DNA of 64,000 nucleotides from PVC group bacterium (lineage in GTDB: Bacteria > Auribacterota > Erginobacteria > Erginobacterales > Erginobacteraceae), in the NCBI GenBank assembly GCA_043804695.1, contig JAZDIV010000106.1, forward strand, positions 344 through 64,343, given 5' to 3'. The notes below the pieces were generated by a model, which saw nothing but the letters and a program-made list of their open reading frames with translations, was not told the DNA's origin and did no database searches. The position numbers and the translations under genes were made by a program. This document shows, piece after piece, positions 46,856-56,290 of this stretch; the stretch's first letter is position 1; every line of letters begins with the position of its first letter.

Positions 46856-47812
46856 ATGGAGTTAAAAGGAAAATTAGCGCTGGTCACCGGCGGCGCCGGA
46901 TTCATCGGCTCCCATCTGGCCGGCCGACTGGCTCAGGAAGGGGCCCGGGTCCGGGTTTTCGATAATCTCTCGACCGGCAACCCGGGCAATCTCGACCTGG
47001 ATCACGTTGATCTCCGAAAGGGGGATGTCCGGAATGAGGGGGAGGTGAAAGAGGCGCTGGAAGGGGTGGATATCGTCTTCCATCACGCCGCCCAGATCAA
47101 CCCGGCCCGGGCGGTGGAGAACCCGATCGAGGACTTCGAGATCAACGCCCGGGGCACGCTTAACCTCCTCTGGGCTTCTCTCAAAGCGGGGGTTAAAAAA
47201 GTCATCCTGGCATCGACCAATGTCTATGGGAATGCCGCCCTGGAAAGTCTGCCGGAGTCTTTCTCCACGCTTTTTGCCAGATCATCCCTTCTCTCGCCTT
47301 ATGCCGCCTCCAAGGTCAGCGCTGAGGCCTATTGCAAAGTCTTCAACGATGAGCTGGGACTTCCCACTGTCCGCCTCCGCTATTTTAATGTCTATGGCCC
47401 CCGGCAGACGGTTAAATCGGAGTCCGGGGCGGTGGCCATCTTCACCCTCCGGGCCCTGGCGGGTAAGCCGATTGTCATCTTCGGGGACGGTACCCGGACC
47501 CGGGATTTTGTTTATGTGGAAGATGTGGTAGACGCGAACATCCGGGCCGCCCGGAAGGACGAAGCCGCCGGCGGCGTTTTTAATGTCGGGACCGGCATCG
47601 AGACCTCGATCAACGAACTGGCCGAGTCCGTCATCGAGGCTACCTCCTTCCGGGTCCCGGTGGAGCACACCGAAGAACGCGCCGCGGATTTCAGGCGGGC
47701 CCGGGCGGACCTGGCCCTCTCGAAAAAGGTCCTGGGGTATAATCCAAAGGTCCGGCTGCGGGAAGGCCTGCGTTCCTGCATCGAATGGTACAGGCAACCC
47801 GGGGCGTTTTAA
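46856..47812 (+). CDS. NAD-dependent nucleotide-sugar epimerase/dehydratase (extended SDR)
   Basis: LVTGGAGFIGSHL. YAASKVSAE (YxxxK). Size and motifs of UDP-glucose 4-epimerase/UDP-glucuronate decarboxylase-like enzymes. Confidence 0.9.
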   Translation: MELKGKLALVTGGAGFIGSHLAGRLAQEGARVRVFDNLSTGNPGNLDLDHVDLRKGDVRNEGEVKEALEGVDIVFHHAAQINPARAVENPIEDFEINARGTLNLLWASLKAGVKKVILASTNVYGNAALESLPESFSTLFARSSLLSPYAASKVSAEAYCKVFNDELGLPTVRLRYFNVYGPRQTVKSESGAVAIFTLRALAGKPIVIFGDGTRTRDFVYVEDVVDANIRAARKDEAAGGVFNVGTGIETSINELAESVIEATSFRVPVEHTEERAADFRRARADLALSKKVLGYNPKVRLREGLRSCIEWYRQPGAF

Positions 47813-47816
47813 AAAC

Positions 47817-47845
47817 TTAAAATTTTGACTTTGTCAAAATTTTAA
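47817..47845. promoter_or_regulatory. perfect 13-bp-arm palindrome (operator-like)
   Basis: TTAAAATTTTGAC-ttt-GTCAAAATTTTAA, 19 nt upstream of a consensus -35 box. Confidence 0.5.
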
Positions 47846-47863
47846 CCTTGAACAAATCCTCCC

Positions 47864-47892
47864 TTGACATCAAATAGGGCCCTGCATATAGT
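47864..47892 (+). promoter_or_regulatory. near-consensus sigma70 promoter TTGACA-17-TATAGT
   Basis: TTGACA at 47864-47869, TATAGT at 47887-47892, ATG at 47903 (10 nt after the -10). The mRNA would be leaderless or have a very short leader, with no SD. Confidence 0.6.
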
Positions 47893-47902
47893 ACGGTTAT
47901 AT

Positions 47903-49159
47903 ATGCAGCCAATAGAACAAATGAGTTCCAAGTTCTATGACCGGTTTCTGCGATCTCGTCTGGAACCCGGCGGATCTGCCGCCTCCGGCCGGCGCGGCCG
48001 GAACAAAGTGGTGTTGCTTTTCGGGGCCAGACAGACCGGAAAATCAACCCTATTGAACCACTGCGTCGGAGCGGGAAGAACTACATTCGTTGTCAATCTG
48101 CAGGATCGGCGGCAGAGACGGCGTTACGAAGCGGAAGTCGGGTTGCTGGCGAAAGAGATTGAGGCCGACGATAGCATTGACACGGTATTAATCGATGAAA
48201 TTCAGAAAGTTCCCGAGATGCTTGAGGACATCCAGTATCTGTATGATAAAGATCCCCGGCGGCTTCGTATTTTTCTTAGCGGCAGTTCGGCCAGACAACT
48301 GAAGCGCCGGTCTTCCAATCTTCTGCCCGGCCGGGTTCAGAGTCTTCTCTTGACGCCGGTACTGCAGGCGGAGCAGAGGAAATGCGTTTTGCTGCCTCTT
48401 CCGATGGGCCGAAAAGAACGGTTCCCCGTTCGGCCTCTTAACGAGTATTTAATCTATGGCAACCTGCCGGGACTTTATCAGGAGGACAAGGTTTCCTGGG
48501 CAGAGACCCTGGCAGCGTACGTGGAACTGTATATTGAAAACGAAATTCGGCAGGAAAACATTGTCCATGATATGGGGGCTTTTTTAAGATTTATTCGTCT
48601 GGCCGCGCTGGAATCGGGGCAATATGTGAACTATACAAAACTGTCCGGCGTGATCGGGGTGGCCGTTAACACGATGCGGAACTTCTATCAAGTTCTGGAA
48701 GATACCTATCTGGGCATCAGGATCCAGCCCTTCGCGCAGAGCCGTAAAAGGATTATCTCCGCCCCCCGGTTTTTGATCTTCGATCTGGGGGTCCGCCACC
48801 TCCTGGCGGAACTGCCTTTAAGCGAGGCACTGGTGGCATTGGATCCGGGCCATCTCTTCGAACAGTGGGTGATGGCTGAATTATATTACCGGTGCCGCTG
48901 CGCGGGCAAAGGTTACCGGATCTCAACCTGGAAGACGGTAACCGGAGCTGAAGTAGATGTTGTTCTGGAAACCCCTGAGACGGTGATTCCCATCGAAATT
49001 AAGTGGACGGAAAGACCGTCCCGCCAGGACACCAGGCATGTCGAAACCTTTCTGGACGTGCACGGGAAGCGCGCTCAAAGAGGATACATTATCTGCCGCT
49101 GTTTGCGGAAGCAAAGACTGAGTGACCGGGTGACCGCTTTGCCGTGGAACGAATTTTGA
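47903..49159 (+). CDS. AAA-family ATPase with DUF4143-type C-terminal domain
   Basis: Walker A LLFGARQTGKSTLL. Walker B VLIDEIQK. C-terminal PRFLIFDLGVRHLL...FEQWVMAEL...VDVVLE resembles the AAA_14 + DUF4143 architecture. Confidence 0.8.
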   Translation: MQPIEQMSSKFYDRFLRSRLEPGGSAASGRRGRNKVVLLFGARQTGKSTLLNHCVGAGRTTFVVNLQDRRQRRRYEAEVGLLAKEIEADDSIDTVLIDEIQKVPEMLEDIQYLYDKDPRRLRIFLSGSSARQLKRRSSNLLPGRVQSLLLTPVLQAEQRKCVLLPLPMGRKERFPVRPLNEYLIYGNLPGLYQEDKVSWAETLAAYVELYIENEIRQENIVHDMGAFLRFIRLAALESGQYVNYTKLSGVIGVAVNTMRNFYQVLEDTYLGIRIQPFAQSRKRIISAPRFLIFDLGVRHLLAELPLSEALVALDPGHLFEQWVMAELYYRCRCAGKGYRISTWKTVTGAEVDVVLETPETVIPIEIKWTERPSRQDTRHVETFLDVHGKRAQRGYIICRCLRKQRLSDRVTALPWNEF

Positions 49160-49204
49160 ATTGCGACTACCCGTCCTTAACATTTTTCGGAGAAAAATTT
49201 TAAG

Positions 49205-49966
49205 ATGAACTTTTGTATCGTTATCCCCATGCACAATGAGGAAGGAAATGTCACCGGAATCGTCCGGGAGGTTAACAAGGCCCTTGATGATAATGGATAC
49301 CGGGCGGATATTATTCTGGTTGACGACGGGAGCGAGGACGATACGGCGTCCGAGATCGAACGGGCCGGGAAGGAGCATCCCAATATTGTCGTTCGCCGGC
49401 ACGAACGGAATGCCGGTTTCGGGGCCGCGATTAAAACAGCCATGAAGGTGGCATTTGAAGGCGGATATATTTTTGCCGTCTTCATGGATGCCGACTTCAC
49501 CATGCACCCGGGATACATCCGGCACTTCTATGAGAAGATGGCCGAGGGGTATGACTTTGTGATAGGTTCCCGATTTCTCGAAGGAGGTGGGATGAAGAAT
49601 GTCCCCGGCTGGCGGAAATTTTTCTCGCTGGCAGGAAGAGCGGTCTTCCGGATTTGTTTCCGCCTCCCCCTGACCGATTACACCCAGGGCTTCCGGGCAA
49701 TCCGGGTAAAGATCATTGAGCAGATGCGGCTTTCGGAGGGAGGATTCCCGATTCTGATCGAGGAGATCTACCAGGCCCGACGCTTCACGAATAAATTTTC
49801 CGAGATCCCCTTCGTTCTGACCGGACGGGAAACCGGCCGCTCCAAATTCAGCTACACCCCGAAGGTCCTCTGGGATTATCTGAAATACGCGGGGAAGGCG
49901 CTGGCGGGAAAACGCGTTTTTAATCGTCGGAGCGGGAATAATCAACACAGTGAAGAAGAGGAATGA
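49205..49966 (+). CDS. GT2 polyprenyl-phosphate glycosyltransferase (DPM1/ArnC/GtrB-like)
   Basis: CIVIPMHNEEGNV...ILVDDGSEDDT...FMDADFTMHP...GSRF. Confidence 0.85.
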   Translation: MNFCIVIPMHNEEGNVTGIVREVNKALDDNGYRADIILVDDGSEDDTASEIERAGKEHPNIVVRRHERNAGFGAAIKTAMKVAFEGGYIFAVFMDADFTMHPGYIRHFYEKMAEGYDFVIGSRFLEGGGMKNVPGWRKFFSLAGRAVFRICFRLPLTDYTQGFRAIRVKIIEQMRLSEGGFPILIEEIYQARRFTNKFSEIPFVLTGRETGRSKFSYTPKVLWDYLKYAGKALAGKRVFNRRSGNNQHSEEEE

Positions 49967-50760
49967 ATGCCGGTTGTCGGTGATCGTGCCGGCCTATACC
50001 GGGAATGAATCGCTCCTCCGGAATATTTTCTTTTTAACACATAATTGCCCACGGCGGCGGCCGTCCGGTAGCCCCTCTCCCGGAGCAGTTCGGCCAGAGT
50101 GGTGAATTCCCCGGGGAGGGGAACCCGGCTCTTCAGGAACAGGAGATAGCCGCCCTGTTCTCCCTCCATCGCCCACCCGCCTTCTATCGGATCAAGCAGT
50201 CCGGAAATGATCGGCAGACGCCTTTTTTCGAGCACGATGGCGTCGACCCCGTTCTCGATCGATTGCCGGAAAGCCATCAGGTCTCCCGGTTCCCGTTCCC
50301 CGGACTGGACCACTCTCTGCGCCGCCGCCCGCCGGTCGCCTTCCCGGGCCAACCCGGCGTTCCGGAAGATGTGCCGGGTGATGAGCGGACGGCTGACTTC
50401 CAGCCTGACGGTAGGATTCATCAGGCAGAGTACCCAGGCTACTTCCTCCGGGGCGAGAAGATGCCGGTTCCCGTCCAGGAGAAGGAACGCCAGGGCGGCG
50501 GGGCCGGCGGCCAGTGAGATCAGGCGTCCGAGACCGAGTTCCCGGTAGAGCAGGATGTAGACGATCGGGCCCAGGCCTGCCACGATGAAAGCGGCCATGG
50601 TAAGATGGTAGGCGATGGTCCAGGCTGAGAAGAAGAGGAGAGCGAGTTCGGCGATGATGAATGAACCCGGGTCGGGATCGAATGGCCTCCCCGGATCGAC
50701 TCTCAACGGATACGTATTGGGAAGAGCGGGGCTTTCCTCTTTTCTGTGATTTATTTTCAA
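49942..50760 (-). CDS. hypothetical membrane protein; C-terminus resembles a sulfatase-fold fragment (possible truncated paralogue)
   Basis: Two or three TM helices. FTTLAELLRERGYRTAAAVGN resembles the sulfatase TLAE.L...GY.T segment, but the catalytic motifs are missing. The ORF converges on and overlaps the GT2 gene. Confidence 0.3.
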   Translation of the reverse strand: MKINHRKEESPALPNTYPLRVDPGRPFDPDPGSFIIAELALLFFSAWTIAYHLTMAAFIVAGLGPIVYILLYRELGLGRLISLAAGPAALAFLLLDGNRHLLAPEEVAWVLCLMNPTVRLEVSRPLITRHIFRNAGLAREGDRRAAAQRVVQSGEREPGDLMAFRQSIENGVDAIVLEKRRLPIISGLLDPIEGGWAMEGEQGGYLLFLKSRVPLPGEFTTLAELLRERGYRTAAAVGNYVLKRKYSGGAIHSRYRPARSPTTGIHSSSSLC

Positions 50761-50784
50761 CGCTTTCTCTCCCGGTCCCGGTGA

Positions 50785-52170
50785 TCAGCGGGAAGCCGAT
50801 AGCTGGCGCCCCGGGCAGGGAGCCGGCTTGAAGCAGCTTTCATATAATCGCCGGCAGATATTTCTGTAATGATGGTGACGGTAAAACCAGTCCATCTCCC
50901 GCCTCTCCGTGTAGATTTCGCCACCGCTTCTTTTTTGCTCCAATAAATGAAGCAGCGCTTTCTGTATACTCTCCCGGCTATTAATGTCCGCCAGGTAGGC
51001 GGCGTTGGTTTTCTTTAAAAGCTTTTCGGCGCACCCGTTCTTATGCAAAGGAAGCAGGGCGAGAATCGGCTGTCCGCTCTCGATCAGCTCGAATATCTTC
51101 CCGGTCATCGTGATCTCGGATTTCGGCCAGTCGCCGATGATGAAGAGAATGACGTCATGAGTGAAATACTGCCTGAAAATTTCACCTCTCGGCACCCCGC
51201 CCCGGTAACTGACCGCCTTTTTCAAGGAATCGGGCCATTCTTTCCACTGTCTTTCATGTTGCCCGAAGATGTTGATCTCGATCTCGCCGGGGGCGATTTT
51301 ATCATTATCAATCAAGCTCCGTACCCCGTCCAAAAACGGCCTGATGTCCTGCGTCCCGAATAACGAACCGGCGTACATGATCCGGAGGACCTTTCCGGCG
51401 GGCGGTTGTTTCGCTCTCCGCCATTTTTCCAACCCGGCGATTTCATCATCGGAGATGCCGTTGGGGATATACCTGAATTTTTCGGAAGAGAGTCCCGGTA
51501 TCCGCCGGATAAAATGCCCGATCATCTCCCGGGAGATGACAACGATAGCATCGCAGACCGGCAAGACCTTCTGCTCGAGTTTGTTGGCAGTACGATCGTG
51601 CAGGTGACCGGCCATTCTTCTATAAATGCTTCTCCATCTGTTATACGGGTGGATGAGACGGTTCCGGGCGGCGTAAGAGACCGGCCCTTCCACCCATTCA
51701 TCCCGGTATTCAACAATTACCCGTTTCCCGGGATACTGCTTTTTCAGAGCGTACGCGGTCTTCAGGAGGGGGGAGAACGGCCCCAGGGAAAGATACAGTA
51801 TGTCGTAATTGTGAAGCCCGTTCAGCCGCCGGACCGCCCTCCCCAGCCTTTTTTCCTCTTTCCCGAGATAAACAGATCTGTTGAGAAAATGGAAAAAAGC
51901 GTTCTTCTCGGCGAATAGATGCTTTTCCAAAGTGTTCTTATAAAGCTTAATATACCTGACGTTTCCCAGGTCGACCGGGAAACGGTCCTGAACGGGGAGT
52001 TCCCGGTTGAAGGAGCCGGTCAGAACATCCAGCTGCAGGTCGCGGTATCGGCTCATTTCCTGGTAAATGTTCATGATTCTGCGTGCCGACACGATGGTAT
52101 TGGGGTAGAACCAGTAGGCAACCAGGGCGATTTTAACTTTTCCGGCAGGAGTCATGGATACTCCAATCAT
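50785..52170 (-). CDS. GT-B-fold glycosyltransferase (GT4-like)
   Basis: KIALVAYWFYPN at the N-terminus. C-terminal LRIMYAGSLF...TGKIFELIESGQPILAL resembles the GT-B donor-binding region. Confidence 0.55.
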   Translation of the reverse strand: MIGVSMTPAGKVKIALVAYWFYPNTIVSARRIMNIYQEMSRYRDLQLDVLTGSFNRELPVQDRFPVDLGNVRYIKLYKNTLEKHLFAEKNAFFHFLNRSVYLGKEEKRLGRAVRRLNGLHNYDILYLSLGPFSPLLKTAYALKKQYPGKRVIVEYRDEWVEGPVSYAARNRLIHPYNRWRSIYRRMAGHLHDRTANKLEQKVLPVCDAIVVISREMIGHFIRRIPGLSSEKFRYIPNGISDDEIAGLEKWRRAKQPPAGKVLRIMYAGSLFGTQDIRPFLDGVRSLIDNDKIAPGEIEINIFGQHERQWKEWPDSLKKAVSYRGGVPRGEIFRQYFTHDVILFIIGDWPKSEITMTGKIFELIESGQPILALLPLHKNGCAEKLLKKTNAAYLADINSRESIQKALLHLLEQKRSGGEIYTERREMDWFYRHHHYRNICRRLYESCFKPAPCPGRQLSASR

Positions 52171-52458
52171 GACTGATGTCTCCGGTTATGGTTATTATGG
52201 CAGATAAACCCAGCGTCCCCGCCGCTGTGGCGGCGGTCCTCATGAAGAGGATATTTCAAATTCCGGTTGTCGTGCCCGAGCGCTCTTCCCAATACCTGCG
52301 GAGCGCTCTCAGACCGGTGGATATATTAAAAGCGCGGCTGACATTGAACAAGGTAAATATGGTTCTGCCCTTCCGGCCGCCGGACCGATATTGCTGGATA
52401 GAACCGGTTCGTGGTGTATAATGTCTTTTTAAAAATCACCCAGTACCGGTGTTATGAG

Positions 52459-53478
52459 ATGGAACTTGCGTCGATAATTGTCCTGACCTGCAATGGACAA
52501 AAGCACTTGGAGGAATGCCTCGGTTCCCTGGAGGGGCAGTCATATTCTCGCCGGGAAATCATCCTGGTGGTGAACGGCTCCACGGACGGTACGGCGGATT
52601 TTGTCCGAAAGCGGTACGGCGAGACCGTCCGGGTGATCGAGCTGCCCGCGAACATCGGGTATACCGGGGGGAACAACGCCGGTCTGAAGACGGCCCGGGG
52701 AGAGTACATCGCCCTTCTCAACGACGACACCCGGACCGATCCGAAATGGCTGGAGGAGATGATCGGCGCTCTGCGCCGGCACCCGGGGTACGGGCTGGCC
52801 GCCGGCAAGATCCTGTCATATTACCAGCCGGAGATCATTGACAATGTCGGGCACCTGTTCTATCGCGACGGCACTTTCCGGGGCCGCGGCCGGCTGGAAA
52901 AAGACCGGGGCCAGTACGACCGGGAAGAGGAGATACTCTCCCCCAGCGGGTGCGCGTTCCTGATCCGGAAAGAAGCTCTGGTCGAGGTGGGGCTGTTTGA
53001 CGACGATTTTTTTATTTATGGCGACGATGCCGAGCTATCCCTGCGGATGCGCCTGGCGGGCTGGAAGGCTCTTTACGTGCCGTCGGCGGTGGTCTATCAT
53101 AAATACTCGGCGACGACCGGGGCCTATTCTCCCCTCAAGGCGTTCCTGGTCGAGCGGAACCGCATCTGGCTGACGATCAAGTGCTTCCCGCCCGGGGCGC
53201 TGCTGCTGGCGCCGATTTTCGCGGCTCTGCGTCTCCTGCTTCAGGCTTACGGGGTTTTATCCGGAAAAGGCGCCGCCGGCGCCTTCGCGCGCCGGTATTC
53301 GGCTTTCGCCCTCCCGGGCATTTTGCTGAAAGCTCACCTGGCCGCCCTGGCGGGATCGGCCCGGATGTGGCGAAAGCGCCTGGAGATCAAACGGCTGCAG
53401 AAAGTGAGCGACCGCGAGTTTTACGGCTGGTTGAAGAGGTTCCGCCTCTCTGCCCGGGAACTGGCGTTGAAAGAATAA
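52459..53478 (+). CDS. glycosyltransferase family 2
   Basis: ASIIVLTCNGQKHLEECLGSLEGQSY...IILVVNGSTDGT...LLNDDT...YGDDAELSLR. Start set at ATG 52459. Confidence 0.85.
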   Translation: MELASIIVLTCNGQKHLEECLGSLEGQSYSRREIILVVNGSTDGTADFVRKRYGETVRVIELPANIGYTGGNNAGLKTARGEYIALLNDDTRTDPKWLEEMIGALRRHPGYGLAAGKILSYYQPEIIDNVGHLFYRDGTFRGRGRLEKDRGQYDREEEILSPSGCAFLIRKEALVEVGLFDDDFFIYGDDAELSLRMRLAGWKALYVPSAVVYHKYSATTGAYSPLKAFLVERNRIWLTIKCFPPGALLLAPIFAALRLLLQAYGVLSGKGAAGAFARRYSAFALPGILLKAHLAALAGSARMWRKRLEIKRLQKVSDREFYGWLKRFRLSARELALKE

Positions 53479-53538
53479 AACAATATACTATTGCCAGTTA
53501 CTAAGGAGAGCAAAAAATAGATTGCACTATTCGAAATA

Positions 53539-53613
53539 GTCATTGCGAAGCGAAGCAATCTATTGTTCACCAAAGAATTGAGATTGCTTCGTCACTTCGT
53601 TCCTCGCAATGAC
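53539..53613. repeat. REP-like palindromic element, copy 2, nested inside an outer 15-bp inverted repeat (53498-53512 / 53629-53643)
   Basis: GTCATTGCGAAGCGAAGCAATC...GATTGCTTCGTCACTTCGTTCCTCGCAATGAC. The outer arms are TTACTAAGGAGAGCA / TGCTCTCCTTAGTAA. Confidence 0.8.
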
Positions 53614-53776
53614 ATGTAACCTATTGTATGCTCTCCTTAGTAATTTACCTGCGAAAAAATAAGAATGTTCAAGCACTGAACTTGTATCGCTGACTTATTT
53701 ATTTATAATAAATTCGTGTAATTCGCGTAATTCGTAGTTTTATTTAGTTACCCGAGTAAAGCGAAGGTTAAGTTCT

Positions 53777-54907
53777 ATGAGAATCGGCATCAACGCATTA
53801 TACCTTATCCCCGGGCGGGTGGGGGGGAGCGAGATCTATCTCCGCCGGCTGATCGGGGCCCTCTCCCGGATCGACCGGGAGAACGAGTACATCATCTTCA
53901 CCAACCGGGAGAACAGCGGCACCTTCGAGATGGGCGCCAATTTCCGGGAACATCACTGCCCGGTCCGGGCGCTGATCCGTCCGCACCGGATCGCCTGGGA
54001 ACAGCTGGTGCTCCCGTACCGCGCCCGCCGGCGTCGCCTGGATGTCCTTCACTCTCCCGGTTTTGTCGCCCCCCTTTTATCCACCTGCCCATCGGTGATC
54101 ACCATTCTCGACCTGATCTATCTCGACTTTCCGGAGACCTTCCCTTTTCTGGCCCGGCAGTGGATGCGCTTCCTGGTCAGTCATTCGGCCCGCCGGGCCC
54201 GGGCCATCATCGCTCTCTCCCGCTACTCCCGGGACGAGATCCTCTGGGGACTCGACGTTCCCTTCTGGAAGGTCCAGGCGATCTACCTGGGGGGCGGCGA
54301 GGATGAATCGGCCCCCGTCTCCCCGGAAGAGGGGGAGCGGGTTCTCAGCGCCCACGGGATCAGACCTCCTTTCATTCTCGCGGTCGCCGCGGCTCACCCC
54401 CACAAGAATCTCGGCCGGCTGGTGGAATCCTATTCTCACCTGGGGGAGGAGCAGGGCCGATATCAACTGGTGGTTGTGGGCGTGAAACACAACCGGTACT
54501 ATCAGCGGCTGGAGCACAGGATCGGCCGCCTGGAGCTGGGAGAGAAGGTCGTCTTCACCGGCTGGGTCTCCGAGCGGGACAAGGAAGTCATCTACACCCG
54601 GGCCGCGATGACGATCTTCCCCTCGCTTCTGGAAGGATTCGGTCTCCCGGTCCTGGAGAGCATGCGGTATGGGATTCCCGTTGCCTGCTCGGACCTCCCC
54701 TCCCTGGCCGAGGTGGCCGGCGGGGCCGCGTACTTATTCGACCCCTATTCGGTGGAAGCGATAACCAACTCCCTCCGGGAGTGTCTGGGGGATGACGCTC
54801 TTCGATCCCGCCTGATCGAGAAGGGCCGGGAGCACGCGGCTCATTTCACCTGGGAAGAGACCGCCCGGCAGACCCTGGAGGTCTACCGGCAGGCGGCCCG
54901 GCCCTGA
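53777..54907 (+). CDS. glycosyltransferase family 4
   Basis: GGSEIY at the N-terminus. EX7E region PSLLEGFGLPVLESMRYGIPVACSD. Confidence 0.85.
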   Translation: MRIGINALYLIPGRVGGSEIYLRRLIGALSRIDRENEYIIFTNRENSGTFEMGANFREHHCPVRALIRPHRIAWEQLVLPYRARRRRLDVLHSPGFVAPLLSTCPSVITILDLIYLDFPETFPFLARQWMRFLVSHSARRARAIIALSRYSRDEILWGLDVPFWKVQAIYLGGGEDESAPVSPEEGERVLSAHGIRPPFILAVAAAHPHKNLGRLVESYSHLGEEQGRYQLVVVGVKHNRYYQRLEHRIGRLELGEKVVFTGWVSERDKEVIYTRAAMTIFPSLLEGFGLPVLESMRYGIPVACSDLPSLAEVAGGAAYLFDPYSVEAITNSLRECLGDDALRSRLIEKGREHAAHFTWEETARQTLEVYRQAARP

Positions 54908-54933
54908 CGGCGGCCGGGCGGAGAGGGAACTGC

Positions 54934-56007
54934 TTGGCGATGACGGAAAACGGGCGAGGCAACCGGATGTTTAGCAGAGAGAACATGATCGCCGGCCGGC
55001 ACGTCTTCTGCGTGTCCCTGGCGCTGGTCTCGATCTTTTTCTCCGGCTGCAGCCCGTCTTCCCGCTTCGGGGATAAGATGAAGGTGGCCGGGGTCTTCAC
55101 CTCTCCCCGGGACGCTCCCCGGGTCGCAGTGATCCAGACCGCCCTCCGGCAGGCCGCGCGGGAGAAAGACGTGGTCTGTGATCTGACCGACAGCGTTCCC
55201 TCCGCCGAGCTGGGAAAAGTCCTGCGCGATTACGCGGAGAAAGGGTACGCGGTCATCTTCGGCGATGCCCCCGACGCCGAGGAGACGGTCAGGCAGGTGG
55301 CCCGGGACTACCCGGAAGTGGCATTCTGTTTCAGCTCCATCCTCGGCCCCGCCGATCCCAACCTCTCAGTCTTCAACAGCTGGATTTATGAACCGGCCTA
55401 TCTCTGCGGCCTGATCGCCGGCCGCCGCACGGAAACAAACAGCGTCGGCCTGATCGCGGAGAGCCCCCTTCCCCCGACCAACGCCCTCCTGAACGCCTTT
55501 GTCCTGGGGGTCCACGAGGTAAACCCGGAAGCCCGGGTGTCGATCGTTTTTCTCGGAGACCGCCCCGGGCCGTCCGAAGCCGTCCGGCAGGCGGAACTGC
55601 TGATCCGGGCCGGCGCGGATCACATCTTCGCGGGTTCTCCCGGGGCCATTAAAACCTGCCGGGAGAACCGGGTGCCGGTTTTCGGCTATCTCCAGGATCA
55701 GTATCCACTGGCCCCGGACACGGTCATCACCGGGCCGGTCTGGGACCTGTGGTCGACGGTGGAGAAAGTCATCACCGACGTCGAGGAAGACCGTTACCGG
55801 GCGCTGGATCTCCGGGAATGGTCCATGATGGCCAAGGGGGGGGCGCATCTGGCCCCTTATCACAGTTTTGAGAACAGGATCCCGTTCGAGATCAAGGACG
55901 CGATCGATCAGGTCCGGCGGGATATCATGGGGGGGACCTTTCGCGTCCCGGCGAATGAACTCCCGCCCGATGAAAATCTTTTAATTAACCAGCAGCCCCC
56001 CGACTGA
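54934..56007 (+). CDS. BMP-family (PnrA/Med-like) substrate-binding lipoprotein
   Basis: Lipobox VSIFFSGC, then a periplasmic-binding-protein fold pattern (KVAGVF..., GYAVIFG, AGADHIFAG). The start may be ATG 54985. The last codons (INQQPPD*) are contributed by repeat copy 3. Confidence 0.65.
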   Translation: MAMTENGRGNRMFSRENMIAGRHVFCVSLALVSIFFSGCSPSSRFGDKMKVAGVFTSPRDAPRVAVIQTALRQAAREKDVVCDLTDSVPSAELGKVLRDYAEKGYAVIFGDAPDAEETVRQVARDYPEVAFCFSSILGPADPNLSVFNSWIYEPAYLCGLIAGRRTETNSVGLIAESPLPPTNALLNAFVLGVHEVNPEARVSIVFLGDRPGPSEAVRQAELLIRAGADHIFAGSPGAIKTCRENRVPVFGYLQDQYPLAPDTVITGPVWDLWSTVEKVITDVEEDRYRALDLREWSMMAKGGAHLAPYHSFENRIPFEIKDAIDQVRRDIMGGTFRVPANELPPDENLLINQQPPD

Positions 56008-56056
56008 CTCAGTCGGGGGGCCACTATAAGTCAGCGATCGCAGGGGTCTAATTTAC
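55981..56056 (+). repeat. bipartite intergenic repeat, copy 3
   Basis: TTAATTAACCAGCAGCCCCCCGACTGACTCAGTCGGGGGGCCACTATAAGTCAGCGATCGCAGGGGTCTAATTTAC. Confidence 0.7.
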
Positions 56057-56290
56057 TGATTCGGGATTTGGCGTCTCAAGTCGCATCTGCGACAAAAAAT
56101 GGTAACGGCCAGGGTTACGAAGCCCAGCCTGCCCCGATTTATCGGGGAATCGGTCAGGGTAACGGTGACGGCGAGGCTTTGCCCACGTGGCCCCAACCGC
56201 CAGACGAAACGGGCTTCGTTACCATAACCGTAACCGGTTGCGAACCCCGATGAATCGGGGTAGACTGCGTGAACTGATTTATAAATCGGG

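Noticed and set aside
52176-52421. 81-aa ORF in the divergent gap between the minus-strand GT gene and the GT2 gene
   Set aside because: It has no motif and no SD, and it occupies what is more plausibly a divergent promoter region.
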